A DNA stretch of 64,000 nucleotides from Flammeovirgaceae bacterium (GTDB taxonomy: Bacteria > Bacteroidota > Bacteroidia > Cytophagales > Cyclobacteriaceae): contig JABMNK010000100.1 in NCBI GenBank assembly GCA_013204595.1, forward strand, positions 8,050-72,049, written 5' to 3'. The notes under the pieces were generated by a model, which worked only from the letters and a program-made list of their open reading frames with translations, was not told where the DNA came from and ran no database searches. The number at the start of each line of letters is the position of its first letter. Within the stretch, counting starts at the first letter, position 1. Made by a program: the position numbers and the translations under genes. Below are positions 38,245 to 48,560 of this stretch, in pieces.

Positions 38245-38343
38245 TTTAATAACATTAAGCCAACCACCTAGACCGCTATTGGCGCTATAAGTGATCAATT
38301 ATTTACTTTTTTCACTTCCTCGACGTGATAAATAGCAGAAAGA

Positions 38344-38351
38344 CAAATTTA
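38344..38351 (-). promoter_or_regulatory. Putative -7 box TAAATTTG upstream of the T9SS cargo gene
   Basis: TAnnTTTG match on the minus strand in the divergent spacer. It lies 46 nt from TTG 38298 and 100 nt from ATG 38244. Confidence 0.3.
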
Positions 38352-38477
38352 GTGCAAGAATAAGGCCAAAATAGAATTTCCTTGGTTATTACAACTAGAA
38401 ATGAGCCTGCCAAGTATAATTTTTTGCGCTCGCCATTCAAATAAGAATTAATAATTGGAAGATAACCGCTTAGCGCA

Positions 38478-38485
38478 TAACTTTG
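38478..38485 (+). promoter_or_regulatory. Putative -7 box TAACTTTG upstream of sdhC
   Basis: TAnnTTTG match ending 29 nt upstream of the sdhC ATG. An ATTGG sits ~21 nt upstream as a possible -33 element. Confidence 0.4.
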
Positions 38486-38513
38486 AACGAAACATAATTA
38501 CCAGAAATTAACA

Positions 38514-39173
38514 ATGAGTTGGATATCGAGTTCCGTTGGTAAAAAAGTGGCAATGTCTCTTTCAGCCCTTTTTCTTATCTCTTTTCTGCTGCTTCATGTA
38601 GCCATTAATTTTTTGTCGGTTATTAGCAAGGATATGTACAATGAAGCATCGCATTTCATGGGTTACAATCCAATCATTCAATTCGTAATGCAGCCTATTC
38701 TTATTTCGGGAGTGATCTTCCATTTCGTCTTGGGATTTGTGCTAGAATTTCAAAATAAATCAGCGAGACCCGTCCCTTATGTAATGAAAAACAGCGCAGC
38801 CAATTCGAGTTGGATTTCAAGAAATATGTTGTACTCAGGATTAGTTATTTTAGCGTTTTTGGGCGTGCACTTTTATGACTTCTGGATACACGAAATTAAC
38901 TACAAATATCTGACTGATCAGGTGCCAAATGAAGCGCGATACTTCTCTGAATTGGTGGAGAAATTTAAAGATCCTCTGAGAGTGGGTTTTTATGTCCTTT
39001 CATTTGTATTGCTTATGCTGCATTTATTGCATGGTTTCCAGTCTGCGTTCCAGTCATTGGGTGTGAACAATAAGTTTTCCCCAATAATCAAGAAAGCAGC
39101 AATGACTTTTTCGTATGTGGTGCCATTGGCTTTTATTTTTATCGCTTTATACCATCACTTTACTCATTACTGA
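38514..39173 (+). CDS. sdhC: Succinate dehydrogenase/fumarate reductase cytochrome b subunit (single-anchor, Bacteroidota type)
   Basis: 219 aa with ~5 hydrophobic helices carrying conserved His residues. Sits immediately upstream of sdhA and sdhB. Confidence 0.85.
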   Translation: MSWISSSVGKKVAMSLSALFLISFLLLHVAINFLSVISKDMYNEASHFMGYNPIIQFVMQPILISGVIFHFVLGFVLEFQNKSARPVPYVMKNSAANSSWISRNMLYSGLVILAFLGVHFYDFWIHEINYKYLTDQVPNEARYFSELVEKFKDPLRVGFYVLSFVLLMLHLLHGFQSAFQSLGVNNKFSPIIKKAAMTFSYVVPLAFIFIALYHHFTHY

Positions 39174-39197
39174 TCCAAAAATTTAAGTAAGACTATC

Positions 39198-41207
39198 ATG
39201 AAAATAGGTGCAAATTTTCCGGCCGCTACACCCGAAGGTCCCCTTGAAAAAAAATGGACTTCTTACAAGGATAAAATCGATTTAGTCAATCCTGCCAACA
39301 AGCGCCTATTGGATATTATTGTAGTAGGAACTGGGTTAGCGGGCGGTTCAGCAGCAGCGACACTTTCAGAACTTGGCTACAACGTAAAGGCTTTTTGTTT
39401 CCAAGATTCTCCTCGAAGAGCCCACTCAATTGCCGCGCAAGGGGGTATCAATGCATCAAAAAACTACATGGGTGATGGTGATTCAAACTATCGCCTTTTT
39501 TATGACACGGTCAAAGGTGGTGATTATAGGGCCCGAGAGGAGAACGTCTATCGTTTAGCGGAAGTATCTGGAAATATCATCGATCAATGCGTGGCACAAG
39601 GCGTACCATTTGCACGAGATTATGGGGGATTGTTGGACAATCGCTCATTTGGAGGGGTATTGGTGTCGAGAACTTTTTATGCCAAAGGACAAACCGGCCA
39701 GCAGCTTCTTTTGGGTGCTTATTCAGCGATGAATAGGCAAATTGCTAGAGGGAAAATAAAGATGTACAACCGACATGAAATGATGGATTTGGTCATCGTT
39801 GATGGCAAAGCGCGTGGTATTATCGCAAAAAATTTGATTACAGGTGAACTTGAAAGACATTCCGCACATGCCGTGGTAATCGCTTCTGGAGGTTATGGGA
39901 ATGTGTTTTATCTCTCTACCAACGCCATGGGAAGCAATGTTTCGGCTGCATGGAAAATTCACAAAAAAGGTGCTTGGTTTGCCAATCCCTGCTTTACGCA
40001 AATTCACCCAACATGCATTCCTGTCTCAGGAGATCACCAATCTAAACTAACCTTGATGTCAGAGTCGCTTAGAAATGATGGACGAATCTGGGTGCCCGCC
40101 AAAGAAGCTGATGCCAAAGCCATTCGTGAGGGCAAACTAAAACCTACAGCTATTATTGAACAGGATCGAGATTATTTTCTTGAACGCAGATACCCCGCCT
40201 TTGGTAATTTAGTTCCGCGAGATGTTGCCTCTAGAGCAGCGAAAGAGCGGTGCGATGCAGGCTTTGGAGTCAACGCGACTGGAGAAGCAGTTTATTTGGA
40301 TTTTGCCTCCGCCATCGAGCGGTATGGTAGGGAAAAAGCCTTGATCACCCATCATGATCCTAATGATAGGGAATTGATTTTAAAACTAGGACGAGAAGTA
40401 ATTGCCAATAAGTATGGTAATCTTTTTCAAATGTATGAGAAAATTGTTGATCAAAATCCTTACGAAACACCTATGATGATTTATCCTGCGGTACATTATA
40501 CCATGGGAGGTGTTTGGGTGGATTATGACTTAATGACCACAGTTCCTGGTTGCTATGCTATTGGAGAAGCCAATTTTTCAGAGCACGGAGCCAATAGATT
40601 AGGGGCCTCTGCCTTAATGCAAGGATTGGCCGATGGTTATTTTGTACTGCCCTATACCATAGGAAATTACCTAGCCAACGACATTCGTACGGGACCTATT
40701 TCCACCGAAACACCTGAATTTGAACAAGCAGAAAAAGAGGTCAAAGAACAACTCGAACGCTTTATAAATAATAAAGGATCTAAATCTGTTGATTACTTTC
40801 ATAAGCGATTAGGAAAGGTCATGTGGAACAATGTCGGGATGTCTCGTAACGCAGCAGGTCTCAAAGAGGCGATAAAAGAAATTCAAACCATAAGAGAAGA
40901 ATTTTATAAAGACGTAAAAGTACCTGGTGATGTCGTTGGATTCAATGAAGAACTGGCAAAAGCAGGGAGAGTGGCTGATTTCCTTGAGCTTGGAGAACTC
41001 TTCGCAAAAGACGCACTCGAAAGAGAAGAATCTTGTGGAGGCCACTTTAGAGAAGAGCATCAGACACCTGAAGGCGAAGCCAAAAGAAACAAAGAATTTC
41101 AATATGTAGCTGCTTGGGAGTATAAAGGAACCCCAAGCGAGGCCAATCTTCACAAAGAAATGCTTGCGTATAAATACATTGAAGTAAAAGAAAGAAGCTA
41201 TAAGTAA
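39198..41207 (+). CDS. sdhA: Succinate dehydrogenase/fumarate reductase flavoprotein subunit
   Basis: 669 aa with FAD-binding [12 protein letters not shown] and the covalent-FAD His context [14 protein letters not shown]. Confidence 0.95.
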   Translation: MKIGANFPAATPEGPLEKKWTSYKDKIDLVNPANKRLLDIIVVGTGLAGGSAAATLSELGYNVKAFCFQDSPRRAHSIAAQGGINASKNYMGDGDSNYRLFYDTVKGGDYRAREENVYRLAEVSGNIIDQCVAQGVPFARDYGGLLDNRSFGGVLVSRTFYAKGQTGQQLLLGAYSAMNRQIARGKIKMYNRHEMMDLVIVDGKARGIIAKNLITGELERHSAHAVVIASGGYGNVFYLSTNAMGSNVSAAWKIHKKGAWFANPCFTQIHPTCIPVSGDHQSKLTLMSESLRNDGRIWVPAKEADAKAIREGKLKPTAIIEQDRDYFLERRYPAFGNLVPRDVASRAAKERCDAGFGVNATGEAVYLDFASAIERYGREKALITHHDPNDRELILKLGREVIANKYGNLFQMYEKIVDQNPYETPMMIYPAVHYTMGGVWVDYDLMTTVPGCYAIGEANFSEHGANRLGASALMQGLADGYFVLPYTIGNYLANDIRTGPISTETPEFEQAEKEVKEQLERFINNKGSKSVDYFHKRLGKVMWNNVGMSRNAAGLKEAIKEIQTIREEFYKDVKVPGDVVGFNEELAKAGRVADFLELGELFAKDALEREESCGGHFREEHQTPEGEAKRNKEFQYVAAWEYKGTPSEANLHKEMLAYKYIEVKERSYK

Positions 41208-41230
41208 TTACTTGTAAAAACTCATAGGAA

Positions 41231-41977
41231 ATGAACCTAAAACTAAAAATATGGCGACAAAAAGACGCCACTGACACTGGGAAAATTGTCGATTATAACA
41301 TTAGCGATGTCTCCTCTGATATGTCATTTCTTGAAATGCTGGATGTCTTGAATACGCAACTTATCGAAAAAGGAGATGATCCAGTAAGTTTTGATCATGA
41401 TTGTAGAGAAGGCATCTGTGGTTCTTGTTCACTTCAAATTAACGGTCAACCGCACGGCCCTGATGGGGGAACCACAACTTGTCAATTACATATGCGCAAA
41501 TTTAAGGATCAACAGACCATCGTCATTGAGCCTTTTCGAGCCAAAGCCTTTCCGATTATCAAAGATTTAATTATTGACAGATCCGCCTTTGACCGCATTC
41601 AGCAGGCAGGAGGCTATGTTTCTGTAAATACCTCTGGCAACACGCAAGATGCCAATACAACACCCATCAATAAAGTAGACGCAGACCATGCATTTGATGC
41701 CGCGGCCTGTATTGGGTGTGCTGCGTGTGTTGCTGCCTGCAAAAATTCTTCCGCCATGCTGTTCGTCTCTGCCAAAGTTTCTCAATATGCCCTTTTGCCT
41801 CAGGGTCAAATTGAACGCCAACAACGAGTACAGGACATGGTGGCACAAATGGATGAAGAAGGTTTTGGGGCTTGTACGAATACCGGGGCTTGCGAAGCTG
41901 AATGCCCAAAAGGAATCAGCCTAACCAATATCGCACGAATGAATCGAGAATATATTGGGGCGAATTTAAAATCATAA
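41231..41977 (+). CDS. sdhB: Succinate dehydrogenase/fumarate reductase iron-sulfur subunit
   Basis: 248 aa with Cys clusters [20 protein letters not shown] and [12 protein letters not shown]. Confidence 0.95.
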   Translation: MNLKLKIWRQKDATDTGKIVDYNISDVSSDMSFLEMLDVLNTQLIEKGDDPVSFDHDCREGICGSCSLQINGQPHGPDGGTTTCQLHMRKFKDQQTIVIEPFRAKAFPIIKDLIIDRSAFDRIQQAGGYVSVNTSGNTQDANTTPINKVDADHAFDAAACIGCAACVAACKNSSAMLFVSAKVSQYALLPQGQIERQQRVQDMVAQMDEEGFGACTNTGACEAECPKGISLTNIARMNREYIGANLKS

Positions 41978-41994
41978 AAAAATATGATCCTCAT

Positions 41995-42026
41995 AAAAAA
42001 CCTGATTAAAATAATCAGGTTTTTTT
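41995..42026 (+). terminator. Intrinsic terminator after sdhB
   Basis: AAAAAACCTGATT-AAAAT-AATCAGGTTTTTTT. Stem arms at 42001-42007 and 42013-42019, extendable through flanking A/T, followed by a T-run at 42020-42026. Confidence 0.75.
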
Positions 42027-42084
42027 GTTAAATCATATTTAGACAATTTTGTTGTGCTATGAAGAACCTATCCTACTTTTTAAA

Positions 42085-44763
42085 ATGATCAAAAAAATCT
42101 TAATAGCAGCACTCCTATTAGCGCTCTTTTTGCTAGGCTATTATTTTTTTAATACGTGGCAGCGCTCACATAACCTTAGCTTATGGCGTTTCGTCCCTAT
42201 GAATGCCGCACTGGTATATGAAAGTGATCAGATCGGATCAGTACTTCTCAATCTCAAAGAATCCCAATTGGCCCGCTCCCTGACTATGGTTCCCATTTTC
42301 AATAAAATGTACCGTGAAATTGAAAAGATAGACAGCCTTACAGGTGGAAATTCATTCTATGCATTTGCAAACAACCTACCCGTTTTAGTTACCATCCAAA
42401 ATACGAGTAAAAGTAAATTTGATTTTTTGTTTTTGGCCCAAATCGACCAATTTACTGATCGAAAAGGCTCGAAAGAATTTTTGGAAAAATTAATTAAACC
42501 AGATGGTCAAAAATCGAAACGTAACTATTTTGGCTTTGAGGTTAACGAAATCGAAACAGCAGATAATGATCATTTTACTTATTTCATCTATGAAAATTAT
42601 TTCATAGGAAGTTTTACTCCCTACTTGGTGGAAGATGCTATAAGAGCTCAAGTAACTATTGAATCATTTGAAACTCAATTTCCAGAGCACAGGAAAGTAA
42701 CCAAAATAAAACAAGATGAAGGCAATCTATACATCAACTATCCAGAACTAATCACACTCAGTAGGGCATTTACAGAGAATGAACTTAACCCTAATTTTTT
42801 AAACAAGGCATTTCTGGATTTGGGAATCAGCGATCATTCAATTTCACTTAGTGGCTTTTCTTTTGCCGACAGTTCTCATCAGTTAAACAGAATCAAGGGC
42901 ATTACAGGGGCGCCTTTTGACATGTCAGATATTATCAGCAACAATACTTCTATCTTCCATCATTTCAGCTTTTCAGATCCTCAATTATGGATTAGTCAAC
43001 AAGGATTTAACACTGAAGTAAGTTCAAAAAAAGAAAACATCATAAAAGATTTAGGGTTTGACCCGTACGATATTACGCGGTTTTTAGACCAAGAAATAGG
43101 CCTCGCTTTTCAATATAGAAACGGACAGTTGGAGCCATTAATGATCCTTGAAAGCAACAATAGCATCGAACTTATGAACCATTTTGACGCTATAAGCAAA
43201 CAGATGCCCCATGTAGCGGCGGATTCATTTTTCATTGAGATTTATAATGAACAGATCATTAATAAATTGCCCATCGACGACTTTCCTGTCATGATCTTAG
43301 GTGATCTCGCTAAGGATTTTCCTGAAGCATATTACACTTCTTACCAAGATTATGTACTTATAGCTTCGAAATTGCCCCTTTTAAAGGATGTTATCAATGA
43401 CATAAATAATGAAAATACTTGGGAAAAGTCACTTAAGAAAAAAAGATTCTTGGAAAAGATAACTCAAGAAGCAAGCTATACTATACTTGTAAATACAGCT
43501 GAATCTTGGAGTCAGCTATACCCCACTATTCTACCTGAATTAAAAAAAGAATTTTATCAATTTGACTATATTTTTAAAAGCCTTGAAAATATAGCCCTTC
43601 AATTCAGTAGTGTGGATGATAAATATTTTACCAGTCTACTTATTGAGCAAGCAACCGTTCCAAAAGCACCTGAATCGAATGTGATCAAAACAAAAGTTCA
43701 CGAATTTAATAAACCACTAATCACAAAACCTTTCTTGGTTCGAGACGCACCAGGAGCCAAGATAGAAATCATCGTTGAAGATGAGGCTAATATCCTTCAT
43801 TTATTGAATGAGGATTTTGAGCTACGTTGGAGCAAATCGATTTTCAAACCTATTGTAGGCGAACTCACTCAAATCGATTTTTATAAAAATGGCAAATTGC
43901 AATACCTATTCATTACCGCCGATTCTGTTTATTTAGTGGATCGAAACGGAGAAAACGTGGAGGAATATCCAAAATATATAGCCCCTAATCTCAGTGCTTT
44001 GGCAATTGTTGATTATGATGGGAAGAAAAACTATCGATTTGCTATCACCACCCTCTCTGGCGATCTTTTTATTACAGATCAGCAAGGAACCCCACTAGAA
44101 GGCTGGGATCCCTATCATTTTTCAGCGTCGATTATAGGTTCCGTCCGTCATTTTAGAGTTGGGGGAACCGATGCCTTCGCTATCGTGCTAACCAATGGTG
44201 AAATGCATCTGATCAGTCGCCGCGGAAAAGTGTTTCCTGGATTTCCGATTCAAACAAATATGCACATCCAAAGTGATTACCACCTGCAAGTTGGCAGTAA
44301 GTTTGAAACTTCAAAATGGACTGTTCTGTCAGAGTCCGGTACGCTGTTATCCGTTAATTTGAAAGGCACTATCATAGACCGAAAAGAATTGTACAAGCCC
44401 CGTACCGATTCCAAATTTCAAATTCATAACGATTTAGACGAGAAAAATTATCTTATTTCTAAGCAATTTGAAAACAGTATCGCTGTGGTAAATAATAATG
44501 ATGCTATCATCTTTGAGAAAAATCAACTTTCCAGTGAAAACGTAAAAATTCAATATTATAAAATGGGTGGTGATAATGACTATTTTATTTTGAGTGATCT
44601 AGCCAATCAACTCATTTATCCCTATGACCTAAATGGGCGTCTTCTGACAACTCTCCCCCTGATGGGTGATCAGCCTATCAGTCTACGCTATTTCAAAAAA
44701 GAAAATGTTTACGAAATTTATCTGATTCGGGAGAATAAATTAATCCTTTATCTAAAGAAATGA
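42085..44763 (+). CDS. Hypothetical membrane-anchored protein with C-terminal beta-propeller-like repeats
   Basis: ATG 42085 gives MIKKILIAALLLALFLLGYYFF (TM anchor); the ORF-track start at 42049 is a TTG. The C-terminal ~300 aa show repeated hydrophobic-strand/D-x-x-G blade-like units. I recognise no catalytic motif. Confidence 0.65.
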   Translation: MIKKILIAALLLALFLLGYYFFNTWQRSHNLSLWRFVPMNAALVYESDQIGSVLLNLKESQLARSLTMVPIFNKMYREIEKIDSLTGGNSFYAFANNLPVLVTIQNTSKSKFDFLFLAQIDQFTDRKGSKEFLEKLIKPDGQKSKRNYFGFEVNEIETADNDHFTYFIYENYFIGSFTPYLVEDAIRAQVTIESFETQFPEHRKVTKIKQDEGNLYINYPELITLSRAFTENELNPNFLNKAFLDLGISDHSISLSGFSFADSSHQLNRIKGITGAPFDMSDIISNNTSIFHHFSFSDPQLWISQQGFNTEVSSKKENIIKDLGFDPYDITRFLDQEIGLAFQYRNGQLEPLMILESNNSIELMNHFDAISKQMPHVAADSFFIEIYNEQIINKLPIDDFPVMILGDLAKDFPEAYYTSYQDYVLIASKLPLLKDVINDINNENTWEKSLKKKRFLEKITQEASYTILVNTAESWSQLYPTILPELKKEFYQFDYIFKSLENIALQFSSVDDKYFTSLLIEQATVPKAPESNVIKTKVHEFNKPLITKPFLVRDAPGAKIEIIVEDEANILHLLNEDFELRWSKSIFKPIVGELTQIDFYKNGKLQYLFITADSVYLVDRNGENVEEYPKYIAPNLSALAIVDYDGKKNYRFAITTLSGDLFITDQQGTPLEGWDPYHFSASIIGSVRHFRVGGTDAFAIVLTNGEMHLISRRGKVFPGFPIQTNMHIQSDYHLQVGSKFETSKWTVLSESGTLLSVNLKGTIIDRKELYKPRTDSKFQIHNDLDEKNYLISKQFENSIAVVNNNDAIIFEKNQLSSENVKIQYYKMGGDNDYFILSDLANQLIYPYDLNGRLLTTLPLMGDQPISLRYFKKENVYEIYLIRENKLILYLKK

Positions 44764-44779
44764 GCACCCAAATAGTCAA

Positions 44780-44801
44780 AAAAGAGCACCCACCCTCTTT
44801 T
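44780..44801. terminator. Weak hairpin in the convergent spacer between the 904-aa gene and dcp
   Basis: AAAAGAG-cacccacc-CTCTTTT. A 7-bp stem flanked by A/T runs, which could act bidirectionally. Confidence 0.3.
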
Positions 44802-44846
44802 GGGAACTAGTTATCTTTGTCAATAGAATTTATGTGAGCGATTGGC

Positions 44847-46892
44847 TTATGTCACGAGTAACCCTGCTCGTTTGAGTAGGGCATCTACTTTCGGCTCTGA
44901 ACCTCTAAATGCCTTGTACAATTTCATAGGCAGTTGAGTGCCTCCTTGACTCAATACATGATGTTTGAAGGATGTCGCTGTTTCCTCATCGAAAATCCCG
45001 TTTTGCTGAAACAACTCAAAGGCATCTGCATCAAGTACTTCTGCCCATTTATAGCTGTAATAGCCTGCAGCATACCCTCCTGCAAAAATATGAGAAAACT
45101 GAACACTCATATTGGTATCCGGAACTTCAGGAAAAAGGTTAAATGGCTTGAAAATCGTCTTTTCTAATTGCTCTATGGAATCCATCGACTGCGCCTCTTG
45201 ATAAGAAAGGTTATGAAGATGAAGATCCAAACTGGCAAAACTTATTTGCCTCAAAGTAGCATAAGCTTCATGAAAAGTAGCGGATGCTTTGAGCCTTTCT
45301 ATATAAATCAAAGGCATAGGTTCATTGGTGATATAATGCTTTGCGAAAAGGGCCAAACATTCCTCCTCATAACACCAATTTTCAAGAATTTGTGACGGCA
45401 ATTCTACGAAATCCCAAGAAACATGTGTTCCTGATAAACTTGAATATGTGGTGTTGGCTAGCATACCGTGCAGGGCATGGCCAAATTCATGGAATAAGGT
45501 GGTCACCTCGTCAAATTTTAATAGCGACGGACTGCCTTCACTAGAAGGTGTGAAATTACAAACAATACTTATGTGTGGAATCACTCGTTGTGTTCCCCTT
45601 TTTTTTTGATCCCGATAGGAAGTCATCCATGCACCCGGACGTTTGCCTGATCTTGGAAAATAGTCTGCTAACAACAATGCTTTTAGTTCATCTCCTTCCC
45701 ACACTTCAAATGCTTTGACATCAGGATGATAGACAGGTATCGCATCATTTTCCTTAAACGTCAATCCAAAAAGCTTTTCAGTAGTCTTAAAGACGCCTGC
45801 TACTACATTTTCAAGTTTGAAGTAAGGCTTAATCAATTCGTCGTCGAAATCAAATTTCTTTTTTCTCAATTTTTCCGCATAATAAGACCAATCCCATCGC
45901 TGAAGCTCGTGATCTGCTCCGCACGATTTCATGAATACATTCAATTCATTGACCTCATCCGCTGCTTTGTTCTTTGATTTGATTAATAAATCCTCTAAAA
46001 ATATTGAAACACTCAGCGGGCTTACGGCCATTCGTTCTTCTAAGACATAAGCGGCATAAGTTTTATAACCTAACAGTTCAGCCAATTCTGCTCTCAATTT
46101 GACCAGCTCATGAACTAACTTACGATTGTCATATGGGCCTGGTGTTAATGCCTTCTGCATAAATGCCGTATATAACCGCTTCCTTAAATTTCTGTTTTCA
46201 GCATTTTCCATGAAAGGAATGTAAGAAGGTGCTTGTAGATTAAATACCCAATGCGCCTTAGCCTCTTTTGACACGGCCAAGGATTTCGCTCTAGCAATAA
46301 GGTCTTCAGGGAGTCCCGACAGGTCCTCTTCACGTTCAATAATCAGCTCATAACGATTCGTTTCTGCCAATACATTTTCACCGAATTTTAAACTTAAACT
46401 AGCTAATGCAACCGTAATCTCCTTAAACCTAATTTGGACCTTTTCGTTTAATGCTGCACCACTCCTAACAAATGATTTGTACGTTTTTTCCAACAACATT
46501 TGTTGTTCTTCATTCAAAATACCTGGCAATTGATAGACGGCATTCACCCGCTGAAACAAATCCTTGTTTAAATTAATCTCATTTTGAAAAGCCGTTAAGA
46601 CAGCGGACGCCTGCTGTGCTACTTGCTGAAGGGCATCAGATGTTTCTGCAGAATTTAGATTAAATAATACATTAGACACTCGATCCAAAAGCTCTCCAGA
46701 TGCCTCCAATCGTTCAATTGTATTTTCAAACGTCGCTGGATCGATGCTACTTGAAATCGCCAATATCTCCTCCCTTGCCTCTTCTATTCCCTTTTGAATA
46801 GCCGGCATGAAGTCCTCAGTGACTATTTTGTCAAAAGGCACCATTTCAAATGGGGTGTTAAATGCGTGAAAAAAAGGATTTTGATGGCTCAT
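44847..46892 (-). CDS. dcp: M3-family peptidyl-dipeptidase (Dcp-like zinc metallopeptidase)
   Basis: 681 aa with the zinc motif HEFGHALH and M3 family length and layout. Confidence 0.88.
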   Translation of the reverse strand: MSHQNPFFHAFNTPFEMVPFDKIVTEDFMPAIQKGIEEAREEILAISSSIDPATFENTIERLEASGELLDRVSNVLFNLNSAETSDALQQVAQQASAVLTAFQNEINLNKDLFQRVNAVYQLPGILNEEQQMLLEKTYKSFVRSGAALNEKVQIRFKEITVALASLSLKFGENVLAETNRYELIIEREEDLSGLPEDLIARAKSLAVSKEAKAHWVFNLQAPSYIPFMENAENRNLRKRLYTAFMQKALTPGPYDNRKLVHELVKLRAELAELLGYKTYAAYVLEERMAVSPLSVSIFLEDLLIKSKNKAADEVNELNVFMKSCGADHELQRWDWSYYAEKLRKKKFDFDDELIKPYFKLENVVAGVFKTTEKLFGLTFKENDAIPVYHPDVKAFEVWEGDELKALLLADYFPRSGKRPGAWMTSYRDQKKRGTQRVIPHISIVCNFTPSSEGSPSLLKFDEVTTLFHEFGHALHGMLANTTYSSLSGTHVSWDFVELPSQILENWCYEEECLALFAKHYITNEPMPLIYIERLKASATFHEAYATLRQISFASLDLHLHNLSYQEAQSMDSIEQLEKTIFKPFNLFPEVPDTNMSVQFSHIFAGGYAAGYYSYKWAEVLDADAFELFQQNGIFDEETATSFKHHVLSQGGTQLPMKLYKAFRGSEPKVDALLKRAGLLVT

Positions 46893-46898
46893 TTTTTG

Positions 46899-46917
46899 TA
46901 AGTTTGTAGCAAATTTA
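46899..46917. promoter_or_regulatory. Back-to-back putative -7 boxes: TAAGTTTG (+, toward mscS-like gene) and TAAATTTG (-, toward dcp)
   Basis: + strand TAAGTTTG at 46899-46906. Minus-strand TAAATTTG at 46917-46910. Both lie in the 64-nt divergent spacer. Confidence 0.3.
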
Positions 46918-46956
46918 AATGCCTAAGATCATTAGCTTCACTTAAATTCCAGTTTT

Positions 46957-48519
46957 ATGAAAAAAATATACCTATCAGCCCTTTTTATGATTGGTATGCT
47001 CTCAAATCTGAGCGCTCAACAATTTTTGGAAGATTCCGTGATTTTTGATTTGAGTACGCCTTATAATACCGCCAAGTCATTTGTTTTCTATTCACAACCT
47101 AGTCATTTCAATGAAGAATTATTGAATCTTTGCACTCAGCTTGATCCAACTGATTCGAGTAATTTTTCGTTAAAATTGATCCAACTGATTCGAGGCGAAG
47201 GAATTTCAATCAATCTCAATGAAATCTCAAAAAATCCTGATTATATCGACAGTCTGACCAACCGCAATGTATTGGTATTAAGTAATAAATACCCTCAATT
47301 GTATCTTGAAAAAATTGGAAAAAATTGGGTAATTCCTCGCGGAAGTAAAGTCAAAATATTGGCGCTTCATGACAAAGTCTTTTCCTTTGGAAACAATTCA
47401 TTACTTGACCTGATGATTACCTCAAACTCAAAGAGGTATCTAGGAATTACCGCCCAACAATATTTATTTATTTTGCTTTTTTTGGTGACTGCGTTTTCAA
47501 GCCAGAAGCTACTTAATTACGTCATCGCCAAAATGGGAATGAAGGCCGCACTAAGAATGGGACTCAATAATATCGCCAAGGAAGGGCTCTTGCCCGTCAC
47601 AAAGCCTTTAAGCTCCCTGATTGTCATTCTATTAATCTCATTTTTTTATCCAATCCTACAACTGCCCGCCTATATTTCTGTCTATGTAGTTTCAATAATA
47701 AGGGCGTCTGCACCCCTGCTATTAACCATTATTTCCTTCCGATTAATAAAAATATTAGGACTTTATCTTGAAAAACAAGCCAAAAAAACTGAAAGCACTT
47801 TAGACGATCAATTGGTACCTATCGTCAGGAAGTCATTAAGGGTATTTGTCGTACTTGTTGGCACCCTAGCCATCCTTCAGTCGTTTGATATATCAATCAT
47901 TCCACTGCTTACTGGACTTTCAATAGGAGGCTTGGCGTTTGCTTTAGCTGCTCAAGATACGATCAAGAACTTCTTTGGCTCGGTAATGATTTTTGTTGAC
48001 AAACCCTTTCAAGTTGGTCATTGGATTACCTCAGGTGAAATTGATGGAACCATCGAAGAAGTAGGCTTTCGATCTACTAGAATCAGGACCTTCACAAACT
48101 CTGTAATGTATATTCCAAACGGAAAATTGGCAGATGCCACGATTAACAATCACGGACTTAGGGTGTACAGAAGATTTTATACCAACATTGGCCTGACTTA
48201 TGAAACTGCCCCGGATAAGATACAGCTTTTTGTAAATGGTCTAGAAAAAATCGTTCAAGACCACCCTTACACTGCCAAAGACAATTACAATATCTACTTA
48301 AATGAAATGGGTCCTTATTCTCTTGGGGTGATGTTTTATATATTTTTTGAAGTCCCTGAATGGTCTCTGGAATTAAAGGCACGGCATGAGGTACTGCTGG
48401 CAATTTTAAAATTAGGCCAAACGCTAGGCGTCAATTTCGCCTATCCCACCCAGACCCTCCATATGGCGCAGTTGTCTAAATCGACATCCTTTGACCCACA
48501 CGATGAAAAAGAAATTTAA
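46957..48519 (+). CDS. MscS-family mechanosensitive channel with N-terminal periplasmic extension
   Basis: 520 aa. Has a signal peptide MKKIYLSALFMIGMLSNLSAQ, several TM helices, and an MscS core (FFGSVMIFVDKPFQVGHWITSGEIDGTIEEVGFRSTRIRT). Confidence 0.85.
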   Translation: MKKIYLSALFMIGMLSNLSAQQFLEDSVIFDLSTPYNTAKSFVFYSQPSHFNEELLNLCTQLDPTDSSNFSLKLIQLIRGEGISINLNEISKNPDYIDSLTNRNVLVLSNKYPQLYLEKIGKNWVIPRGSKVKILALHDKVFSFGNNSLLDLMITSNSKRYLGITAQQYLFILLFLVTAFSSQKLLNYVIAKMGMKAALRMGLNNIAKEGLLPVTKPLSSLIVILLISFFYPILQLPAYISVYVVSIIRASAPLLLTIISFRLIKILGLYLEKQAKKTESTLDDQLVPIVRKSLRVFVVLVGTLAILQSFDISIIPLLTGLSIGGLAFALAAQDTIKNFFGSVMIFVDKPFQVGHWITSGEIDGTIEEVGFRSTRIRTFTNSVMYIPNGKLADATINNHGLRVYRRFYTNIGLTYETAPDKIQLFVNGLEKIVQDHPYTAKDNYNIYLNEMGPYSLGVMFYIFFEVPEWSLELKARHEVLLAILKLGQTLGVNFAYPTQTLHMAQLSKSTSFDPHDEKEI

Positions 48520-48560
48520 GCAGCACTAGGTGTCTTGCATTAAGAGTTAAAGATACGCTT

